A DNA stretch of 64,000 bases from Eggerthellaceae bacterium (GTDB lineage Bacteria; Actinomycetota; Coriobacteriia; Coriobacteriales; Eggerthellaceae). The position numbers were made by a program, and so were the translations under genes. This document shows positions 1 through 9,427 of the stretch, in pieces (within the stretch, counting starts at the first letter, position 1; every line of letters begins with the position of its first letter). The notes below the pieces were generated by a model, which had not been told where the DNA came from, searched no databases, and was given only the letters and a program-made list of their open reading frames with translations. The DNA lies in NCBI GenBank assembly GCA_017432445.1, contig JAFRJC010000087.1:18483-82482 (forward strand). Direction: 5' to 3'.

Positions 1-416
1 TCGAAGCGAAACCCGAACGACTCGGCCGCATCGTGCGAGGTTGCAAATGCATGCACAACCATCCCGCCAATGGGCAGGTCGTCGCCCGCCTTGAAATGCC
101 GCAAGTCGACAGCGTCCTGAATGGCGCATATATCCGGGCTGGCATTATGCACAGCCGCGCTCGCGTAAAGCGACGGTTGCACGCCGAGCCGTGCGAGCCC
201 TCGCGTCAACACGCCCAAGCCCTTAACATGATCCGAATGCTCGTGCGTCACCAGCACGGCCTCAACGTGCACGGGGTCGAGCCCGCACGCGCTGCAACCT
301 TCCATGAACGCCCGCTTGCTGATACCGCAATCGATTACCACGAGAGCTCCGGTCGCGCAATTCTCGACCACCGAGCAGTTTCCCTTGCTCCCGCTCGCCA
401 GCACGTGCAAGCGCAT
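1..416 (-). CDS. MBL-fold metallo-hydrolase (3' end cut by window edge)
   Basis: My own minus-strand translation from the ATG at 416 gives MRLHVLASGSKGNCSVVENCATGALVVIDCG...VLVTHEHSDHVKGLG...HAFATSHDAAESFGFRF, with the HxHxDH metallo-beta-lactamase motif. It is absent from the ORF track because it runs off the window. Confidence 0.75.
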   Translation of the reverse strand, partial: MRLHVLASGSKGNCSVVENCATGALVVIDCGISKRAFMEGCSACGLDPVHVEAVLVTHEHSDHVKGLGVLTRGLARLGVQPSLYASAAVHNASPDICAIQDAVDLRHFKAGDDLPIGGMVVHAFATSHDAAESFGFRF

Positions 417-566
417 CCCGTCGTCCCCTTTCGAAACCGTCGCCGACAGCCTCCTTGATAAAAGTCCGTTTCGATTTGCCCGATGAGCACGGCGTCCCGC
501 ACGGACGGTTGTCTGTAGTCTATCATGGCACAAAACATGCAACGCGCCCATGAACAGGAGGACACG

Positions 567-1055
567 ATGGAGCAGGCGATATACAGGTTTGCAACCGAGA
601 CCGATGTGCCCGCAATCTTGGATTTGATCAGGCAGCTTGCAATATACGAAAAGGCTGCAGACCAGGTTGTCGCAACCGAGGAACTGCTTCGCGAATCGCT
701 CTTCGAGAACCATGCGGCCGAGGTCCTGCTCGTCGAGAAGGATGGACGGTCGGTCGGATTCGCCGTGTTCTTCACGAGTTTCTCGACCTGGCTTGGGAAA
801 GCGGGAATCTTCCTCGAAGACCTGTTCGTATTGCCGGACGAGCGTGGCAAGGGATACGGAAAGGGCCTGCTCCAACACCTTGCGCAAATTGCAGTTGAAC
901 GAGGTTGTGGCCGGTTGGAATGGAACTGCCTGGACTGGAACCAGCCCAGCATCGATTTCTACCTGTCGCTTGGCGCCGCGAGGATGGATTGCTGGACTAC
1001 CTATCGGCTGGAAGGTGACACGCTCGAAGCGCTCGCAGCCCAGCTATCTCGTTAA
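567..1055 (+). CDS. GNAT family N-acetyltransferase (diamine/spermidine acetyltransferase-like)
   Basis: ORF 525..1055. The ATG at 567 is preceded by AGGAGG (555-560). GNAT motif A is present (LFVLPDERGKGYGKGLL), with an SSAT-like C-terminus (NQPSIDFYLSLGA). Confidence 0.85.
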   Translation: MEQAIYRFATETDVPAILDLIRQLAIYEKAADQVVATEELLRESLFENHAAEVLLVEKDGRSVGFAVFFTSFSTWLGKAGIFLEDLFVLPDERGKGYGKGLLQHLAQIAVERGCGRLEWNCLDWNQPSIDFYLSLGAARMDCWTTYRLEGDTLEALAAQLSR

Positions 1056-1095
1056 TCAGTTTCCCGGGACAACTGATTACTAGCGAACGGTCGCG

Positions 1096-1776
1096 CTAAT
1101 CAACCTCCCAGCACCAATTGGCACCAAGCTCATCGGCGGCTTCCTTAAAGTTGCGCTTCACGATGCCGAGGTCGACGATGTTCCAGCGACCCTTGGGTGC
1201 GGTGATGGAAACGGTCTTGGCGTCCGCATGGAGCACGACGTGGAAGTTCTGGTTGTTCATGGCGGTCGGCGCGAGCTGTGCTGCTTCCATGGCCAGCGCG
1301 AACCATGCTGGTGCATCGGCGCATTCGACGGTGGCGAGCTCCTCGACCGTTTTGGTCTTGCGCTCCACGCCCTGCGTCTTGCCGTATCCCACCGCAATCA
1401 CGAGACGCACCTTCTCTCCGGTGGAGAGCACGGCTTTGTTCTTGCGACGCGAGCAAAGCGCAACCCAGCATGTGTTGAGGCCCGCTTCCTGCGCGGCAAG
1501 CACGATCTTCTGCCCCCAAAAGCCGATGGCCTCGTCGTCAGCGGCTCCGTTCGCCGTGACAAACGCGATGTTCGCGATAGCACCATGCACAAGCCCGAAA
1601 CGGGCAACCACTTCGAACGTCTCGGGGTTATCCGTGACGAGCTGGATGTTGAGCCCGCTTTCCCGCACGCATTCGCCGATAACCTCTTGCAGCGCAACAA
1701 GCGCCTCGCCTTCGGGAGCGCGCCCATCGTACTCGCGCACCGAGTGGCGCGCGCGTATCGTATCCATTCTCGACAT
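1096..1776 (-). CDS. nitroreductase family protein
   Basis: ORF 1096..1782. Sequence RHSVREY...QLAPTAMNNQ is typical of the nitroreductase fold. The ATG at 1776 sits 6 nt after a GGGGAGGGG RBS. Confidence 0.8.
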   Translation of the reverse strand: MSRMDTIRARHSVREYDGRAPEGEALVALQEVIGECVRESGLNIQLVTDNPETFEVVARFGLVHGAIANIAFVTANGAADDEAIGFWGQKIVLAAQEAGLNTCWVALCSRRKNKAVLSTGEKVRLVIAVGYGKTQGVERKTKTVEELATVECADAPAWFALAMEAAQLAPTAMNNQNFHVVLHADAKTVSITAPKGRWNIVDLGIVKRNFKEAADELGANWCWEVD

Positions 1777-1867
1777 GCTCAACCCCTCCCCTGACTTCGT
1801 TTCGTGCCATCATACCCTGATGCTCGGTGTTGGGAATCACGACTTTTGGAACGCGCCAAATGCCAAA

Positions 1868-2437
1868 TCATTGCATGGATCTTAAAAGGCCGATGATTGC
1901 CATGTTATAGGCGAAATGAGCGATGGCGCACAGCAGCAGCGATTGCGTGAAAACGTAGAGACCGCCGAGCAGCAAGCCCAAAACGAACACGCTAAGCAGC
2001 AGATACGGCTGCTTCCAGTACGAGAAGTGCGCAGCCGTGAACAGGATCGCAGCCACGATCGGACCGAGCAGGTCAACGCACACGACGCGGAACAAGAACT
2101 CTTCGGCAAACCCCGCAGCAGCAAATACCGGAACGAGGTCGAGCATCGAGAATTCGCTTTCCAACATTTCGATTTCGTCGGTGACTATCTTGTCCCTTCC
2201 GACCACGCGAAGGAGGAGAAAAGCCAGGCCTAAGCCAGCCACAACGACGAGCACAGCGAGAGCTGCGCCCAGAAACGGGCTGACGCCGTTCGCAACGAGG
2301 GGCGAAAAACCAGGAAGCGCACCGGCGTCGCATTTCGGCAAAACGAGAAAGACGTACGGCGGCAACGCCACGAGCGCGAAAACGAGCTCGCCAGCTGTCC
2401 AGAGAAGCACGTGCAACCAATGCGGCATGGTATCCAT
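1868..2437 (-). CDS. CPBP family intramembrane glutamic endopeptidase (CAAX protease-like)
   Basis: Multi-TM protein carrying FAEEFLFRVV, TAAHFSYW and AIAHFAYN, which are CPBP motifs 1-3. Confidence 0.8.
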   Translation of the reverse strand: MDTMPHWLHVLLWTAGELVFALVALPPYVFLVLPKCDAGALPGFSPLVANGVSPFLGAALAVLVVVAGLGLAFLLLRVVGRDKIVTDEIEMLESEFSMLDLVPVFAAAGFAEEFLFRVVCVDLLGPIVAAILFTAAHFSYWKQPYLLLSVFVLGLLLGGLYVFTQSLLLCAIAHFAYNMAIIGLLRSMQ

Positions 2438-2601
2438 GCGCGTAGTATACCTGATGTTCGAATGGATTTGGGAAGACGGCCCATTCGTCGAGTCTTGACA
2501 ACATAGACGAGAAGCGAGCTACAGGCTATGCCGCCGCAGACGATTGCGGTTCGTGTAGACTGGTTTTGCCAAGTTGTGCGCAACGGGGAGAGGAGCATTT
2601 C

Positions 2602-3396
2602 ATGAAGATCGTCGTTCTCAGCGAGAACACTACACGCGGCCCGAAGGTCTCGCCAGAGTTCGGACTGAGCCTGCACATCACGTGCGGGTCTGCATCGGTG
2701 CTCTTTGATTCGGGCTGCAGCAGAAACTTCGCGCAAAACGCCGAAACGCTTGGCATTGACCTTTCCCGGGTCGATTGCGCCGTGCTCTCGCATGGGCATT
2801 TCGACCACTCGAACGGATTCGGCGCGTTCATCAATATCAACGACCATGCTCCCATCTATGCCCACAGGAGCTTCGATGGCGAATACTACAAACAACCTGA
2901 CGAATACATCGGCGTCGAGCCATCCCTTAAGGCGAGCAATCGCTTCAAGGCAGTTGACGGTATCCTCGACATCGGCGAAGGGCTGACGCTTCTGAGCTAT
3001 GACGAAGCCTCCGTGATCCACCCGATTGAGTCGGAGGGCATGTTCGTAAAAGACGGCAACGCCACACGACCCGACGATTTCACCCACGAGCACTACCTTC
3101 TCGCATGCGAAGGCGACGTGCGCCTGCTCGTCACCGGATGCTCGCACAGGGGAATCGCCAACATCATGAACTGGGTGAAAGACCTACGCGTCACCCATGT
3201 TATCGGCGGCTTCCACCTCATGGGAATCCAACCAGGCGATTACTCTAAGCTCGACGCGCTAGCCGAAGAGCTCGCCGCATACGACGTCATGTACTTCACC
3301 GGCCACTGCACGGGCATCGAACAGTACGCCTACCTCAAGAGCCTGATGGGCGATCGCGTGAGCTATGCGGGAGCAGGCCAGATTATAACTCTGTAG
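2602..3396 (+). CDS. MBL-fold metallo-hydrolase
   Basis: ORF 2566..3396. The ATG at 2602 follows GGGGAGAGGAG. Motifs VLSHGHFDHSNG and GCSHRG are present. Confidence 0.8.
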   Translation: MKIVVLSENTTRGPKVSPEFGLSLHITCGSASVLFDSGCSRNFAQNAETLGIDLSRVDCAVLSHGHFDHSNGFGAFININDHAPIYAHRSFDGEYYKQPDEYIGVEPSLKASNRFKAVDGILDIGEGLTLLSYDEASVIHPIESEGMFVKDGNATRPDDFTHEHYLLACEGDVRLLVTGCSHRGIANIMNWVKDLRVTHVIGGFHLMGIQPGDYSKLDALAEELAAYDVMYFTGHCTGIEQYAYLKSLMGDRVSYAGAGQIITL

Positions 3397-3419
3397 ACAA
3401 CGAGGCTTCGCCCTCGGGC

Positions 3420-3614
3420 TCACATGCTGTTTGCAACGCAGGTGAGCAACCCGCCGCAGAGGGCAACGATTGCACCCAAGACGCAGATAACCGCACGGAA
3501 GCTGCACCCAGAACCGTTTGAGCCATCGTAGTCGCTTGAATCATTGGCCGATTCGAGCCAAATCGTGGCATTCGTGAGGTTCTTGCCGTGGTTGTCCTCG
3601 TCGAACAAAGCCAT
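3420..3614 (-). CDS. small (64 aa) tail-anchored Cys-rich hypothetical protein
   Basis: An AAGGAGAG RBS lies 6 nt upstream of the ATG at 3614, and the gene starts 21 nt downstream of the TfoX gene. The N-half is acidic/polar. The C-terminal hydrophobic segment contains 4 Cys (GCSFRAVICVLGAIVALCGGLLTCV). Confidence 0.45.
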   Translation of the reverse strand: MALFDEDNHGKNLTNATIWLESANDSSDYDGSNGSGCSFRAVICVLGAIVALCGGLLTCVANSM

Positions 3615-3635
3615 CAGAGCTCTCCTTGCCAGCTT

Positions 3636-3944
3636 CTATTTGCGCCGCTTCTTGGGCTCGGGCAGCTCGGGAAGCATCTCGTCCACGAGGGCGGCAATGG
3701 CTTCTGAGTCTTCGATATCGACCAACAGCATCTCGGAAGCCCCTTCATAAGGTATCTCGACAATCGAGAAAGCGGCACGTGACGCCGCCGTATCCTTCAC
3801 CAGGAAACGGTCATCGTAAATGCCTCCGATGATTTTGCCCGACGCATACAGGATGTATTCACCCATCATCTTGCGGTGCGAAACCTCTGGCACGTCGGCC
3901 AGCAAATCGAGAACGTATTCCAGGTATTCGGGGGTCGATGCCAT
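3636..3944 (-). CDS. TfoX/Sxy N-terminal domain family protein
   Basis: ORF 3636..3971. The ATG at 3944 follows AAGGAG. Sequence is YLEYVLDLL...HRKMMGEYILYASGKIIGGIYDDRFLVK, the TfoX_N pattern. Confidence 0.75.
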   Translation of the reverse strand: MASTPEYLEYVLDLLADVPEVSHRKMMGEYILYASGKIIGGIYDDRFLVKDTAASRAAFSIVEIPYEGASEMLLVDIEDSEAIAALVDEMLPELPEPKKRRK

Positions 3945-4221
3945 ATCGCCGCTCCTTCGGTTGCGTCGCATCCATTCATGCTGTGCTCATTGGGGAAGAG
4001 CCTGTTGTCGTATATCCCGTATCGCGCACAGCATACCGCATCGCTTGCGAGCTGAGTGCGACAAAGATGACGCTTCAAATGCCATGTTGCCCGAAAGCGC
4101 GACGCCCGATACGCCTACAATGTCATTGGCGGCATGGTTGCTATGCCAATAGTTGTAAACATGTTCGTTTTACTCATAAAATAAGAGTGTCGGAGACTTC
4201 ATCGAAAGGAAGCGTACCGCC

Positions 4222-5589
4222 ATGAACATCACGAGAGAATACTCGAAGTTCCTCATCGCGACGGAATACGAGGACATCCCGGAGAAGGAGATTGAGCGCT
4301 TCAAGATCCGTTTGATCGACTCAATTGGCGTGATGGCCGCAGGCACGCATGCAGCTGGCATCGAGGCGTGCGTAAGCTTATTCGGGGAAATCGGCGGAGC
4401 ACCGGAAGCGACCGTGCTCTTCCACGGCACGCGGCTTCCCGCCGATAAGGCGTCGCTCATCAACAGCATGATGGCCCGCTCGTTCGACTATGAGCCAGTC
4501 GGCGGCGAGTTCGTCGACCGCACCACGGGTGCCGCACACATCTCCGGCAGCTCCATTCCCTGCATGCTGGCAACAGGCGAACTTGTCGGCGCAAGCGGCA
4601 AGGATGCCCTCCTCGCCAATATTCTGGGCGACAACCTGACCGCCCGCCTGCAGCAGGGCACTGGCTTTGCATTCGGCAAGGGCTGGGACAACACCGGCAC
4701 CTTCAACGGCCTGGGCTGCACGGCGCTCGTCTGCAAGCTCCTCGGTCTTGACGAGGATCAGTGTGTGAATGCGTTCGGCATCGACATCAACACAATCGGG
4801 TCGACCATGGACGGCGTCATGGATGGCGTGCTGGCGTTCAAGCTGCCCCACGGCCTGTCGGGCATGAACGCCATCATGTCGGCGCGCATGGCGCAGCGCG
4901 GCTTCACCGGAACGCTCGACGCAATCGGCGGACGCCATGGTTACTTCGACCTGTTCGGCAACGACAACATGAATCCATCCACGGTGCTCGCGGACCTCGG
5001 CAAGGAATACTACACCGATGGCGACATTAAGCCGTGGCCTTCCTGTCGCATAACGCACGCCCCCATTCAAGCCGTGCTCGAACTGGTGCGCGAAAACGAC
5101 ATCAAGCCCGCCGATGTGGAGAGAATCGTGGTCACATTGCAGGAAGGCAACGGCAGCCTGGTCGACTACCCTTACAAGCCCGGATTGGAAGTACCGAACT
5201 TCAACCTGCGCTTCGACTTGGCCCTGGCCCTCGTGAAAGGCGCCGTCATCCCTCAGTATTTCGAGGACAGCTATCAAAACGATCCCGAAATCGTGCGCGT
5301 GGCAACCGAGCTCGTCGACGTGGCATACAGCTCCGACATGAAGGACCTGTTCTCCGCAGACGTCGAAATCGCATTGAAGGACGGCAGGAGCGTCTCCCGC
5401 TTCATCGACCACCCGAAGGGCACGCTTAACGCCGACCCGATGACCCGCGAAGAGTTCCTGGACAAGTACTTCACGAACATGGAGTATTCGGGGTTCGTCT
5501 CGCGCGCCCAGGCCGAGGAGATCCTCGACGCATGCGAGCGCTTCGAGACCATCGACGACGTGAACGATTTCGTCGCGCTCATGCGCTAA
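4222..5589 (+). CDS. MmgE/PrpD family protein (2-methylcitrate dehydratase superfamily)
   Basis: 455 aa. The N-terminus (FLIATEYEDIPEKEIERFKIRLIDSIGVMAAG) and overall length are typical of MmgE/PrpD. Confidence 0.85.
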   Translation: MNITREYSKFLIATEYEDIPEKEIERFKIRLIDSIGVMAAGTHAAGIEACVSLFGEIGGAPEATVLFHGTRLPADKASLINSMMARSFDYEPVGGEFVDRTTGAAHISGSSIPCMLATGELVGASGKDALLANILGDNLTARLQQGTGFAFGKGWDNTGTFNGLGCTALVCKLLGLDEDQCVNAFGIDINTIGSTMDGVMDGVLAFKLPHGLSGMNAIMSARMAQRGFTGTLDAIGGRHGYFDLFGNDNMNPSTVLADLGKEYYTDGDIKPWPSCRITHAPIQAVLELVRENDIKPADVERIVVTLQEGNGSLVDYPYKPGLEVPNFNLRFDLALALVKGAVIPQYFEDSYQNDPEIVRVATELVDVAYSSDMKDLFSADVEIALKDGRSVSRFIDHPKGTLNADPMTREEFLDKYFTNMEYSGFVSRAQAEEILDACERFETIDDVNDFVALMR

Positions 5590-5605
5590 GCGCCGCACAA
5601 CATCA

Positions 5606-5633
5606 CCTGGCAGGGGACAGGCTCCCTGCCAGG
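5606..5633 (+). terminator. stem-loop downstream of the PrpD-family gene
   Basis: Stem CCTGGCAGGG / CCCTGCCAGG (10 bp) with an 8-nt loop, 17 nt after the stop. The U-tract is weak. Confidence 0.45.
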
Positions 5634-5660
5634 ATCTAACGATATCGAAAGAGGGTTTTC

Positions 5661-6305
5661 ATGGGAAAGAACGTAGTTGCAATCAACGCGAGCCCGCGAG
5701 CTCGATGGAACACGGCGCAGCTTGTGCAGGAGGCGGCGCGCGGCGCGGAAGACGTCGGCGCTCAGGTTGAGGTCGTCAACTTGTACCAGCTCGAGCCATT
5801 CATGGGATGTCGGTCGTGCTTCGCCTGCATGACCGAGAAAAGCTTCGGGCGCTGCGCGATCAAGGACGGCCTCACCGAAACCCTCGACAAGATCGCCCGG
5901 GCAGACGGCCTCATCCTCGGATCGCCGAACTACTTCGGCCGGCCGACGGCGGGATTCCGCGCGCTCTACGAGCGGCTGTGCTTCCAGCACCTGACGTACG
6001 ACCTCGCTCAGTTCAGCAGCAACGAGCGCAGCATCCCGGTCTTGTTCGTCATGGCGAGCAACGCCCCGGATGACAAGTACGACGAGATCGGCTACACCGC
6101 CATGATCGAGGAGCATGTCCGGACGCTCGAGCGGTTCATCGGCCCCACCACGAGCTTCTATACCGGCGACACGCTGCAGACCGACTCCTACGACAAGTTC
6201 AACTGGACGATGTTCGACGTCGAGGCCAAGCAGCGCCGCCACGAGGAAGTGTTCCCCCAAGAACTCGCCCGCGTCCGCGCGTTGGCCGCAGAGCTGTTCG
6301 CATAG
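5661..6305 (+). CDS. flavodoxin-like NAD(P)H-dependent FMN reductase / iron-sulfur flavoprotein family
   Basis: Sequence VVAINASPRARWNTAQL...CRSCFAC...ADGLILGSPNYFGRPT is the Isf/FMN-reductase pattern. Confidence 0.75.
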   Translation: MGKNVVAINASPRARWNTAQLVQEAARGAEDVGAQVEVVNLYQLEPFMGCRSCFACMTEKSFGRCAIKDGLTETLDKIARADGLILGSPNYFGRPTAGFRALYERLCFQHLTYDLAQFSSNERSIPVLFVMASNAPDDKYDEIGYTAMIEEHVRTLERFIGPTTSFYTGDTLQTDSYDKFNWTMFDVEAKQRRHEEVFPQELARVRALAAELFA

Positions 6306-6308
6306 GGC

Positions 6309-6344
6309 AAACCCAGGCAAGAGGCTAACCTCTTGCCTGGGTTT
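6309..6344 (+). terminator. intrinsic terminator-like hairpin
   Basis: Perfect 16-bp stem AAACCCAGGCAAGAGG-CTAA-CCTCTTGCCTGGGTTT directly after the stop at 6305, followed by TTTAAAT. Confidence 0.6.
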
Positions 6345-6403
6345 AAATCGCACGCTCAAAACGAAATCGCGCCGCAGGCGAAGGCGGCGGAACGGAGCAA
6401 ACC

Positions 6404-7429
6404 ATGAACACGGTCACGCTTGGCTCCGCCGGAATCACCACTGTCCAGAACGCATTCGGCGCTCTGCCGATACAGCGCGTTCCAGAGCAGGGGGCGATGC
6501 GCTTGTTGCGCAAGGCTTATGACGGCGGTATGCGCTACTTTGATACGGCGCGCGCCTACAGCGACAGCGAGCTGAAGCTGGGCGCCGCGTTCGACGGCAT
6601 GCGCGACAAGGTGTTCATCGCCTCCAAGACGATGGCGACCACACCCGAGGCGTTCTGGGAGGACCTCCACACCTCGCTTACGAACCTTCGCACCGACTAC
6701 ATCGACGTCTACCAGCTTCACAACATCCAGCAATGCTACCGCCCCGATGATGGCACCGGCCTCTACGAGTGCTTGCTCGAGGCGAAAGAGCAGGGCAAGA
6801 TCCTTCACATCAGCGCGACCGCGCACAAGATCGACGTCGCCGAGGAGGCAGTGAAATCGGGTCTGTACGAGACCATGCAGTTCCCGTTCAGTTTCCTCTC
6901 CTCGCAGCGGGAATTCGACCTCGTGGAGCTGTGCGCCCGCCACAACATCGGCTTCATCGTTATGAAGGGGCTGGCCGGCGGCCTCATCACGAACGGCCGC
7001 GCCTGCATGGCCTTCATGAACGAGCATCCGACCGTACTTCCCATCTGGGGCATCCAGCGCGAACACGAGCTGGACGAATGGCTTTCCTATATGGACGACA
7101 CCCCCATCATGGACGACGAATTGCGCGCCTATATCCAGCAGGAGCGCAATGAGCTCAAAGGCGGGTTCTGCCGCAATTGCGGATACTGCATGCCCTGCCC
7201 CGTCGACATCTCCATCAAGGACTGCGCCCGCATGTCACTCATGCTTCGCCGCGCTCCAAGCGCCAACTGGCTCACCGAGCATTGGCAGGCTGAAATGCGC
7301 AAGATCGACGACTGCACCAACTGCCGCCAATGCGCCAAGCGCTGCCCTTACGAACTACCCACCCCAGAACTCCTAAAGGAAAACTGGGAGGACTATAAAG
7401 CGGTACTCGCCGGCAAAGTCAAAGTCTAG
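6404..7429 (+). CDS. aldo/keto reductase with C-terminal 4Fe-4S binding extension
   Basis: AKR N-terminus (YFDTARAYSDSE). The C-terminus carries CRNCGYCMPCP and CTNCRQCAKRCP ferredoxin-like Cys clusters. Confidence 0.85.
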   Translation: MNTVTLGSAGITTVQNAFGALPIQRVPEQGAMRLLRKAYDGGMRYFDTARAYSDSELKLGAAFDGMRDKVFIASKTMATTPEAFWEDLHTSLTNLRTDYIDVYQLHNIQQCYRPDDGTGLYECLLEAKEQGKILHISATAHKIDVAEEAVKSGLYETMQFPFSFLSSQREFDLVELCARHNIGFIVMKGLAGGLITNGRACMAFMNEHPTVLPIWGIQREHELDEWLSYMDDTPIMDDELRAYIQQERNELKGGFCRNCGYCMPCPVDISIKDCARMSLMLRRAPSANWLTEHWQAEMRKIDDCTNCRQCAKRCPYELPTPELLKENWEDYKAVLAGKVKV

Positions 7430-7461
7430 GCCCGACAAGGAACGAGCTTCGTTCCGGACCA

Positions 7462-8769
7462 TCAGATTGCAAGCACCGTGACGCCATCGGATAGCGAGAT
7501 TTCGCCTATGCAATCGCGGTAAAGACGCAGGTAGTCCCCGATGGTCGTCTTGAAGGGATGGCACGGCATGCCCGATAGCTCCCGTTCCCAAATGCAGCTG
7601 CCCAAACACAGCGGCAGCAACTCGCACGCGGAACACTGCTCGTCGCGCGAAGGATCGAACGACACCTCGTGCAGCTTCCATGTTGACGGATCGTCGAGCA
7701 GGTTGAACTTCACGTGCCTGCGGTCTCCCACCCAGCCGTCGCAAGCGTACACATCGCCGAGCAAGTCGATGACGAAGTAGTTGTCAGCTTGCCCTGTGCA
7801 GAAACGTCGCGGGGGCGTGAGCATCTCGTGCAACTCTGCAGCATCGTGCGGGCGCTTGGCGAATTCATCGAATTGCGCAGCGAAGAACTCCTCATGGTCG
7901 AACAGGTCGAACTCAGGCGCGCAAAACGGGGCGCAACCGTAAAAGTGTCCATAATCGTTGAGTTTGCCGAACGTGAGCTCTATGCCCTCTTCGGCCAACA
8001 GCTTTTCACGCAGGCCGGCAAACAACGGCAGCGTCACTTTGTCGGCATTCATGTTGGCTGTGATGCGCAGGCCGCGAGCCCGTAGCAAGCGCGCAGCTTG
8101 AATGGTACGTTGATACGAGTTGGATCCGTTGGCGGCTACGCGCCGTTTGTTATGGATTTCCTCGGGGCCGTCGATTGTCAAGAATACCCAGCTCACACGG
8201 CATTCGGCTATGAGATCGGCTTCCCGCTCGCCGATGATGTTCGCATTGGTGAGCATCATCGCGTCATAAGCCACGCCTTTCTCGTCACACCACGCAACGA
8301 GCTTGCCGGTAAGCTCTTTCACGACATCGAGCGCAAGCGACGGATCGCCGCCATACCACTGCACGGAAAGCGCCTCGAATCCATCGGCCTCATGACGATT
8401 GCGCACAAACGCAGCGATGACGTCCATCATGCGCTCGTCCATCTTACCTGGAATCTTGTTATGGCCCAGCTCGTAACAGTAGGGGCAGCGGAAATTGCAT
8501 GCGTAGGTGGGTATGAAGCTCAACGTCATCGACGACGTGTCGGCACGTTGCCGATCGAATGCGGCGCGCTGCGCCTCCAGTTCTTCGGCAGCACTGAGTT
8601 CCGTCAGGAACCCCAACTGCACGAGCGCCCCATCTGCGTCGGGTTCTGCATGCTCCCAGAGTTCACGGCCCGCCAGCCCGAGCTGCACGAGCGCGCCATT
8701 TGCCACATTGAACAGCAGCTCCTCCCCTTGCGACCCCTCAGCTTCGATCACGTATCTCGATTTGCGCAT
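7462..8769 (-). CDS. radical SAM/SPASM domain peptide-maturase-like protein
   Basis: CNFRCPYC (CxxxCxxC) at about aa 91. An N-terminal ~85-aa extension (SRYVIEAEG..ELLFNVANGALVQL) resembles RRE-type leaders of sactisynthase-like enzymes. A C-terminal SPASM Cys cluster is present (CSACELLPLCLGSC). A GGGGGTGAAG RBS precedes the ATG at 8769. Confidence 0.85.
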   Translation of the reverse strand: MRKSRYVIEAEGSQGEELLFNVANGALVQLGLAGRELWEHAEPDADGALVQLGFLTELSAAEELEAQRAAFDRQRADTSSMTLSFIPTYACNFRCPYCYELGHNKIPGKMDERMMDVIAAFVRNRHEADGFEALSVQWYGGDPSLALDVVKELTGKLVAWCDEKGVAYDAMMLTNANIIGEREADLIAECRVSWVFLTIDGPEEIHNKRRVAANGSNSYQRTIQAARLLRARGLRITANMNADKVTLPLFAGLREKLLAEEGIELTFGKLNDYGHFYGCAPFCAPEFDLFDHEEFFAAQFDEFAKRPHDAAELHEMLTPPRRFCTGQADNYFVIDLLGDVYACDGWVGDRRHVKFNLLDDPSTWKLHEVSFDPSRDEQCSACELLPLCLGSCIWERELSGMPCHPFKTTIGDYLRLYRDCIGEISLSDGVTVLAI

Positions 8770-9099
8770 ATGACTTCACCCCCAAAGCCCTCGCGTCAAT
8801 TCAGCTAACGGTATTGTTGAGTAAATAGTAGCGCGAATGCCAACGAACGATAGCGCATCATGGCAAGCGTGCCGTTATTTGCCTTTTCCTCCACGGCTCT
8901 TTCGTCTGCTTTTCGCTGATGGCATCAGCTTTATGAACCCAAAGGTTACGCTTTTCGGGCCGATTGTAGTCAAACGACCTGGCAGGAAAACCGCTCCCGA
9001 ATACAAAAAGTTCTTGCATTCGTCGGCAATATCGACTAAAGTTCCCAGCAATCGGTTGAGAGGCCGATTGGAAACCGTTGAAGCGGAGAAGTAGTCGCA

Positions 9100-9345
9100 A
9101 ACGCGCGCACAGCGAGCCCGGGGTGGTGTGAGCCGGGAGGAGATGCGAGGCGACGAGTGGACCGCCGAGGGCGCACCGAACGGGAAACCGTAGGCTGCGA
9201 CGTGAGGGCATACGTCAGTTGCCGGGAGGTTGCAGGACCTTCGCCAAGCGCACGGAGTCGAACCCGTGAATCAAGGTGGCACCGCGAGCATCGAATTTCG
9301 AAGCCCGTCCTTGAGTCCGAAGCAGGATCGAGGGCGGGCTTTTTC
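9100..9345 (+). promoter_or_regulatory. T-box riboswitch leader, Trp specifier (UGG)
   Basis: T-box sequence AAUCAAGGUGGCACCGCGAG at 9269-9288. A candidate specifier UGG at 9158-9160 is followed by A. Terminator AGCCCGUCCUUGA...UCGAGGGCGGGCUUUUU lies at 9301-9345 and overlaps the antiterminator partner. Confidence 0.7.
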
Positions 9346-9427
9346 TCTCCCCTCCCCCGATCCGGGCCGCACCTGCAAGCGGCTCGCAAACGGTTAGGGC
9401 CGCCGGCCCGGAAAGGAGAGCAGAGAG

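Noticed and set aside
8837-9211. ORFs 8837..9094 (+) and 8858..9211 (-) in the spacer between the rSAM gene and the T-box. The minus frame contains FDYNRPEKRNLW, faintly like an IS30/IS3 transposase C-terminus, or it could be an rSAM precursor.
   Set aside because: There is no RBS, the 5' part overlaps the T-box leader, the similarity is too weak to call, and a sactipeptide-type substrate would need Cys residues that are absent. It is mentioned only as context in the rSAM finding.
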